Shown here: positions 35,023-40,598 of the stretch, piece by piece
Position numbering within the stretch: position 1 is the first letter of the stretch
Layout: each line of letters opens with the position of its first letter
Notes under the pieces: generated by a model
What the model was told of the DNA's origin: nothing
The model's database searches: none
The model's input: the letters and a program-made list of their open reading frames with translations, nothing else
Made by a program: the position numbers and the translations under genes
Assembly (NCBI RefSeq): GCF_006345805.1
Contig: NW_021835362.1
Coordinates: 1 to 40,598, forward strand
Direction: 5' to 3'
Source: Octopus sinensis
Lineage: Eukaryota
Length of the DNA: 40,598 bases

Positions 35023-35126
35023 ATCTTTTAGACGTTGCAACGTTTCTGTGTCATTAATGATTAAATTAGCTTAATTAAATTAAATTAAGCTAATCTACCA
35101 TAGGTTACACTTCATCAGTAAAAAAA
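35023..35126 (-). ncRNA. Type I hammerhead, array copy 4
   Basis: As copy 1; predicted cleavage 35031/35030. Confidence 0.8.
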
Positions 35127-35328
35127 CCTGGGAGAGACAAATATACACGAGGCGTCTGTATCGATGCCTACGGAATATCTGTCTTAAAATTTTCAAGACG
35201 TATTCGCGCCAAACTTATCAGCAGTAAATATAAACTGCCGATTCAATCTCAGAATTATTCAGAAAATTATCAATTAGTCAATTTAGGGTAGCAAAAAAAT
35301 TCAATAGAAATTTATCGCTACCAGCGGC

Positions 35329-35637
35329 CTGATGAAGTGTAACCTATGGTAGATTAGCTTAATTTAATTTAATTAAGCTAATTTAATCATTAATGACACA
35401 GAAACGTTGCAACGTCTAAAAGATGAATTAGGGTAAATGTTTTTAAATTTTCACCTAATTTCTGAATTACTACTACTTGGCGGTGTGAGTTATGGCTGCT
35501 CTTTCTGGTGGACGAATGACCTGTTAGGGTCACTCCTAAATTGTTATATTATATATTTAGTCGATGACTATTTTCTCTTTTCCACCAGGCCGCTGGTAGC
35601 GATAAATTTCTATTGAATTTTTTTGCTACCCTAAATT
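35329..35637 (+). repeat. Inverted partial copy of the 474-bp unit; HHR core intact but 5' strand of stem I missing
   Basis: ctgatgaagtgtaacc...acacagaaacgttgcaacgtctaaaagatg...gctaccctaaatt is the reverse complement of the unit. Confidence 0.92.
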
Positions 35638-35640
35638 TAA

Positions 35641-35670
35641 TAGCATACTTTTCTAGTAGAAAGTATTTGT

Positions 35671-35706
<36 letters not shown>

Positions 35707-36630
35707 CCTCGCTTGACTGAGGTCGAGGTAAAAAATTTTAATTAAAATATTTCTTTTTTTTTTTTGTTCCTTCTATCCCACAAATGGATCAGGCGTGTGC
35801 AACTTCGGCGTCATCATTCCATAAAGTGTGTTGACTGAGAAGAAAATATTGTAAAAAACATCGATACATATGAGAGTGATTATGAGGAGGGTGGTCTACG
35901 GATGTGATAGAAACAACAGCCAAATCTTTCTTGTATCGCACACCTTTTTCTTTGAAATATTTACATTTTTATTTTTTATTTTTTTAATGTTTACCGAAAC
36001 GGCTCCTCCCATAGTTTTTAAGTGCCACAAAATTGGCCAAAACTGGTCCGGCGTGGGATGGTATGGAGTGAAAAAAATGATCAAAACATTTCAAAACATT
36101 TTTTTCATAAAAAGATGCCCTCCCACCCACTTTTCCCCACAAATCTCTTTATAATCGCAATCTATCCAGTTTGAAAGCTATTTTGTATAAACTTTCATAA
36201 AAACATACTCATTTTCTTGAAAGTTATGAGGGAAAAGAGTCGGGTCGTGTGAATTTTCCGATACTCCTCTCCCCGCTCACTCGAAAACTTCTTTACCATA
36301 AATCCCTATGTGCTCTGAATCCACAATATCTACGCGAGATTTGTTGAAGGTTTCGTTTACAAGAATCCACTTTTCTGCTATTTATGATGCAACAATATTC
36401 GTGGGGTACAAATCTATAGTTATGCCTAAATATATAATTGCTTGAGAGTACGTCTGATGTCATTTGGCTGTCATTTCTAGCAACGGCGCTGACCATTGCA
36501 GAAGTTGTTTCCTGTTTCTTCCCATTAAGTTAACTCAGTAACAGCACGTAACACATACATACTACATTAACTTCCGGTTATTTTTCGTAAATGATCAAAT
36601 TTTAGTTTAATGGGGACAATCTCCTGTCCC
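35641..36630 (-). mobile_element. Full copy of the TTAA-flanked family, reverse orientation
   Basis: TTAA|tagcatacttttctag ... ggggacaatctcctgtccc|TTAG. Confidence 0.7.
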
Positions 36631-36636
36631 TTAGAA

Positions 36637-36674
<38 letters not shown>

Positions 36675-36719
36675 ATCTCTGTGTGTGTGTGTCTGTGTGT
36701 GTGTGTGTCTGTGCGTGTG

Positions 36720-37180
36720 TGTCTTAGGATGTGCTCGCAACAACAACCAAATCTCCCATAAATCAGACACTTTTTCCTCAGAAAATATTTACATTTTTTT
36801 TTCTTTTTACAAATTCGGAAATTAATATAATAATAATAAGTAGAGGAAGAAGAAAATATTGTAAAAAAAACATCAATATATATGAGAGTGATTATGAGGA
36901 GGGTGATCCTCGGATGTGCTGGAAACAACAGCCAAATCTTCCATGTATCGCACACCTTTGCCTCTGAAATATTTACATTTTTTAATATTTTTTAACCGAT
37001 ACGGTTAAAGTTTTAAGTGCCAAAACATTGGCAAAAATCGGTCCGACGTGGGATGGTGAGGTGTAAAGAGATAGATAAAAAAAATTACCAAAACATTTTT
37101 TCATAAAAACATCCCTATCCCACGTCATTTTGAGGCTGTAGTGAAAAAAAAACAATGGGAAAAACCCCAGGAAAAAAACA
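36720..37180 (-). mobile_element. Partial copy of the TTAA-flanked family
   Basis: gatgtgctggaaacaacagccaaatct, ttttaagtgccaaaac. Confidence 0.65.
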
Positions 37181-37570
37181 AGGGGAAAATCCCCATGAAA
37201 GCAGATGTACGATATGTATGGGTATTGAACCCATACATATCGTACATCTATCTTCTTTCCTCCACCTCACTCTCTATTTTGTATCACATCGAAACTAACT
37301 ATGACTTATCTTTTACTCTCACACCGTCTCCTTAAAGGGATACTATCAATTGATATCCTAGAAACAGCTGTAAGACCTTCTATCTATCAATGCTCTAATA
37401 TACTGCCTTGGTTTTTTATCTTATTACGCAAAAAATTCTTATATACACACGCTGACATAGAACCAACGTTGAACCCTTTATTCGCAATATTACCGAATCT
37501 GGAACTTAACTGTGGTATGTCTATAGCACTTATTCAGCATTTCCTGACACCTTTGGTCTCAATGATACCA

Positions 37571-37635
<65 letters not shown>

Positions 37636-37669
37636 GTTAGAGAAAGTGAGGTGAGAGAGGCATAACTAC

Positions 37670-38420
37670 AGATATGTGCCCCACAGATTTTGTTGCCTCA
37701 TAAATTCCAGAAAAATGTATTCTTTGAACGAAATTTTCAACAAATCGCGCGCGAAGGTGCTGTAGATTCAGATTATATAGAGTTTTATGGCAGAGAACTT
37801 TTCCGAGTGGGTGACGAGGGGAGTTTCGGAAAATTCACACGACCCGACTTTTTTCCCTCATAACTTTCAAGAAAATGGGTATTTTTAATGAAACATTTTA
37901 CAAATACCTTTCAAACTGCATAGATTATGATTATAAAGAAATTGTGGGGAAAGTTTTTTCTTAGGGTTTGGAGAGGGGATTGTCAGAAAAACGGGGATTC
38001 GAATGAAGAAGACTACATATGTAGGAATTTTCCCGTTTTCATGGAGCTTTTCCAATTTTTTTCCACCGCAGCCTCAAAATGATGTGGGCGGGGGTCATCT
38101 TTTTATGAAAAAATGTTCTGAAAATTTTTGATCTTTCTTTTCCCTCCTCACCATCCTACTCGGACCGATTTTGGCCAATTTTGTGGCACTTAAAAACCGT
38201 AGGTGGGGCTGTTTCGGTAAAAAGAAAAAAAAATGTAAATATTTCAGACAAAAAGGAGTACGATTCAAAGAAAATTTGGCTGTTGTTTCTAGCACATCCG
38301 ACGACCACCGTCCTCGTATACACTCTCACATGTATTGATGTTTTTATCAATATTTTCGTCCCAGTCAACACATTTTATGGAATGATGATGGCGAAGTAAC
38401 ACAGGCGTGGTCCATTGGTG
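37670..38420 (+). mobile_element. Partial copy of the TTAA-flanked family
   Basis: Reverse complement of 35800-36400 (aaaattcacacgacccgact, ggccaattttgtggcacttaaaaac, ttggctgttgtttctagcacatcc). Confidence 0.7.
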
Positions 38421-38465
38421 GAAAAGAAGCAACAAAAAATATTTGTAATTCAAAATCAGTTTCAG

Positions 38466-38551
38466 ATAATTTAGATTATCAATCATCTGAATCCTCATCG
38501 TCGATCAGTGATGGTCCATCAACACCACACAAATTCTTTCGTGGCAGTCAG
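38466..38551 (+). CDS. Possible isolated coding exon
   Basis: tttcag|...|gtattt; open frame NLDYQSSESSSSISDGPSTPHKFFRGSQ (phase 1 in, phase 0 out); no partner exons established. Confidence 0.3.
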
Positions 38552-38954
38552 GTATTTCTGAAGATATTTGTAATATAACCCATCCCATATTTATTTTATT
38601 TTCTACAAATGGAATCAATTTCTTTTTTCTTTTTTTTATTTTTTATGTGTAATTCTTGAAGTGAACTCGTGTGCTGGAACAAATATTGTTTTATCTTGGA
38701 AGGGTCAGTCTGCCAATAATAAACACACACACTAGTTCGATTTCACGTCTTTATTTAGCAAAGTTTATTTTTAGAGTGTTAGCAAAAGAAGAGATTTTTA
38801 GACAAGGAAAAATGCTACAAAAATGCCCTTGCCGACTCTTGGCACAAAGGTAAGTTAATATATATCACTAAAAATGGGATAAAGGCGCATGTGAATACAC
38901 TCTATGCTTCGAATCAAATAGTTATTGATAATATAAACATTCCTTTCTACTCAG

Positions 38955-39310
38955 GCACAAGGCCTGAAATTTGGGAGGAGGGTGTCAGTCGATTAGATCG
39001 ACCTCAGTACGCAACTGGTACTTAATTTATCGACCCCGAAAGGATGAAAGCAAAGTCGACCTCGGCGGAATTTGAATTCAGAACGTAAAGACAGACGAAA
39101 TACCTATTTCTTTATTACCCACAAGGGGCTAAACATAGAGGGGACAAACAAGGACAGACATAGGTATTAAGTCGATTATATCGACCCCAGAGCGTAACTG
39201 GTACTTAATTTATCGACCCCGAAAGGATGAAAGCAAAGTCGACCTCGGCGGAATTTGAATTCAGAACGTAAAGACAGACGAAATACCGCTAACGTTTCTG
39301 TCAGTTCACC
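38955..39310 (-). mobile_element. tRNA-derived SINE, internally duplicated form
   Basis: Two copies of actggtacttaatttatcgaccccgaaaggatgaaagcaaagtcgacctcggcggaatttgaattcagaacgtaaagacagacgaaatacc; B box on the minus strand. Confidence 0.88.
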
Positions 39311-40460
39311 ACCTATAATAATATATTAAATGTGAAATGAAGAATCATGACAAGGTTATTGTGACTTCATCTCACCATTCCAAGAATTAATATTATAAGA
39401 ATAGTGGCATAAGAAGTAAAGATGCAAGTATAAGCAAACACAGTGGCAAATGTCCTGGTAAACCTCTTAGCAAAACATAATTCACAGAAAAATAAGACAG
39501 CTACCAAAAATAATAATTACCCACACGAAAGAAAAAATAAATCGCGACTTTTGCTATGGCATAATGCAGGCTTCACAAAGTAGCTAGTAAGAAATATAAA
39601 GTTTTCGTCGCATTAGATAAGCACTTTTCACCATTTAAGTATAGCCAATTTTTTTATTATCACACAAATGAGTTTGCATATTCCACTTGCAATAACCTTG
39701 CTCAAATCGTATTACAGTATTACAAGGACCAGAGAATTCAAAGATTAGAACATAGTAAAAGCAGATAATAAAAATCTAATATTATGAGTAATTGTACGAC
39801 AGGTGATAATAGCAACGATTCACATGTAGCGGATTATAAACGCCTGACAGGTTAATAATGCGAGCGAAAGCGATAATGAGCCTGCGATAGATAGAGCAAG
39901 GGAGATAATCTGGTACCATACCAAATTCATTAAAATTAACTGTAGTGAAAATAGAATTGAGTAATACACAGAGTCTAGTGTAGAACCAACCTATTAACAT
40001 AGTTGTGGGGTAATAAGTAACATTATAGACGAGATGCCTAATTCTCCTGCTAGTAGCAGGCATGGGGTTAATCTCATCAAATATCTTTGTAGCTATCAGA
40101 ACAAAAGGTGTCCACTTGATGGACAATGTTTGAGCCAAAACACAATTTGCAGGTGTATTGTTACATCAGATGGAATTTTTCATTATTACATTGGGTCATG
40201 TTCTACTAGCTTTAAGAACAGACTTAGTAACCACTTATTTTCTTTCAAGAATTAAGATAGGCTCTATAGTACACGCCTGAGTGACCTTATCTGGTCTTTA
40301 AAAAATTAAGAACACAAAATCTGATATTAAATGGGAAATAATTGGTAGGGTATTTACCTTAAAAAATTGGGAGCTCTCAATGTATTTTACTCTTAGAGGA
40401 AATTTTCAATATTTTCAATTCTAGATACAAGTTATTGAATAATAGACCTGATGTGGTCCC
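39310..40460 (+). mobile_element. Decayed Penelope-like element (linker and GIY-YIG endonuclease)
   Basis: ALDKHFSPFKYSQFF...FAYSTCNNLAQI; CPLDGQCLSQNTICRCIVTSDGIFHYYIGSCSTSFKNRLSNHLFSFKN*..STRLSDLIWSLK; may extend left of the SINE to about 38650. Confidence 0.8.
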
Positions 40461-40598
40461 GAAATGCTTCCATTCTTACAGGGAAGTGTAAGGAAGTGTA
40501 AGACAAATAAGAAATTTCAGTAAGATATTACTTACGTGAAGTACACTAATAATTTACCTGGACAAAATTCGTAGTTTTATTATGGTTAACTTTTAATA

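Larger units (their letters stand above)
33470..35331 (-). repeat. Head-to-tail array of ~4 x 473-474-bp non-coding units, one HHR per unit (retrozyme-like)
   Basis: aggagtgacc at 33488, 33961, 34435, 34908; copies differ by only a few SNPs and small indels; no ORF in the supplied track. Confidence 0.95.

Overview
AT-rich, microsatellite-laden animal genomic DNA. The SINE, mariner, RTE, R4/Dong and Penelope-like repeat mix suggests an octopus or other coleoid cephalopod, but this is inference. One spliceable 5-exon gene (2265-6870, +) encodes a ~455-aa protein with a signal peptide and ~26 decapeptide repeats. The rest is mostly decayed transposons: five mariners, RTE, CR1-like and R4-like LINE pieces, three Penelope-like GIY-YIG fragments, tRNA-SINEs, a Helitron and fold-back elements. 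The main unexpected signal is a cluster of type I hammerhead ribozyme (HHR) motifs, eleven complete motifs plus one disabled core, all folded by eye. Four sit in a non-coding ~474-bp head-to-tail array (33470-35331, one HHR per unit, minus strand) that has the architecture of an animal non-LTR retrozyme and could yield ~474-nt linear or circular RNAs. Two diverged relatives (30555-30945, 31040-31560) keep the core and show compensatory stem changes. A 395-bp palindrome (27654-28048) carries two back-to-back HHRs. No activity or expression can be shown from sequence alone.
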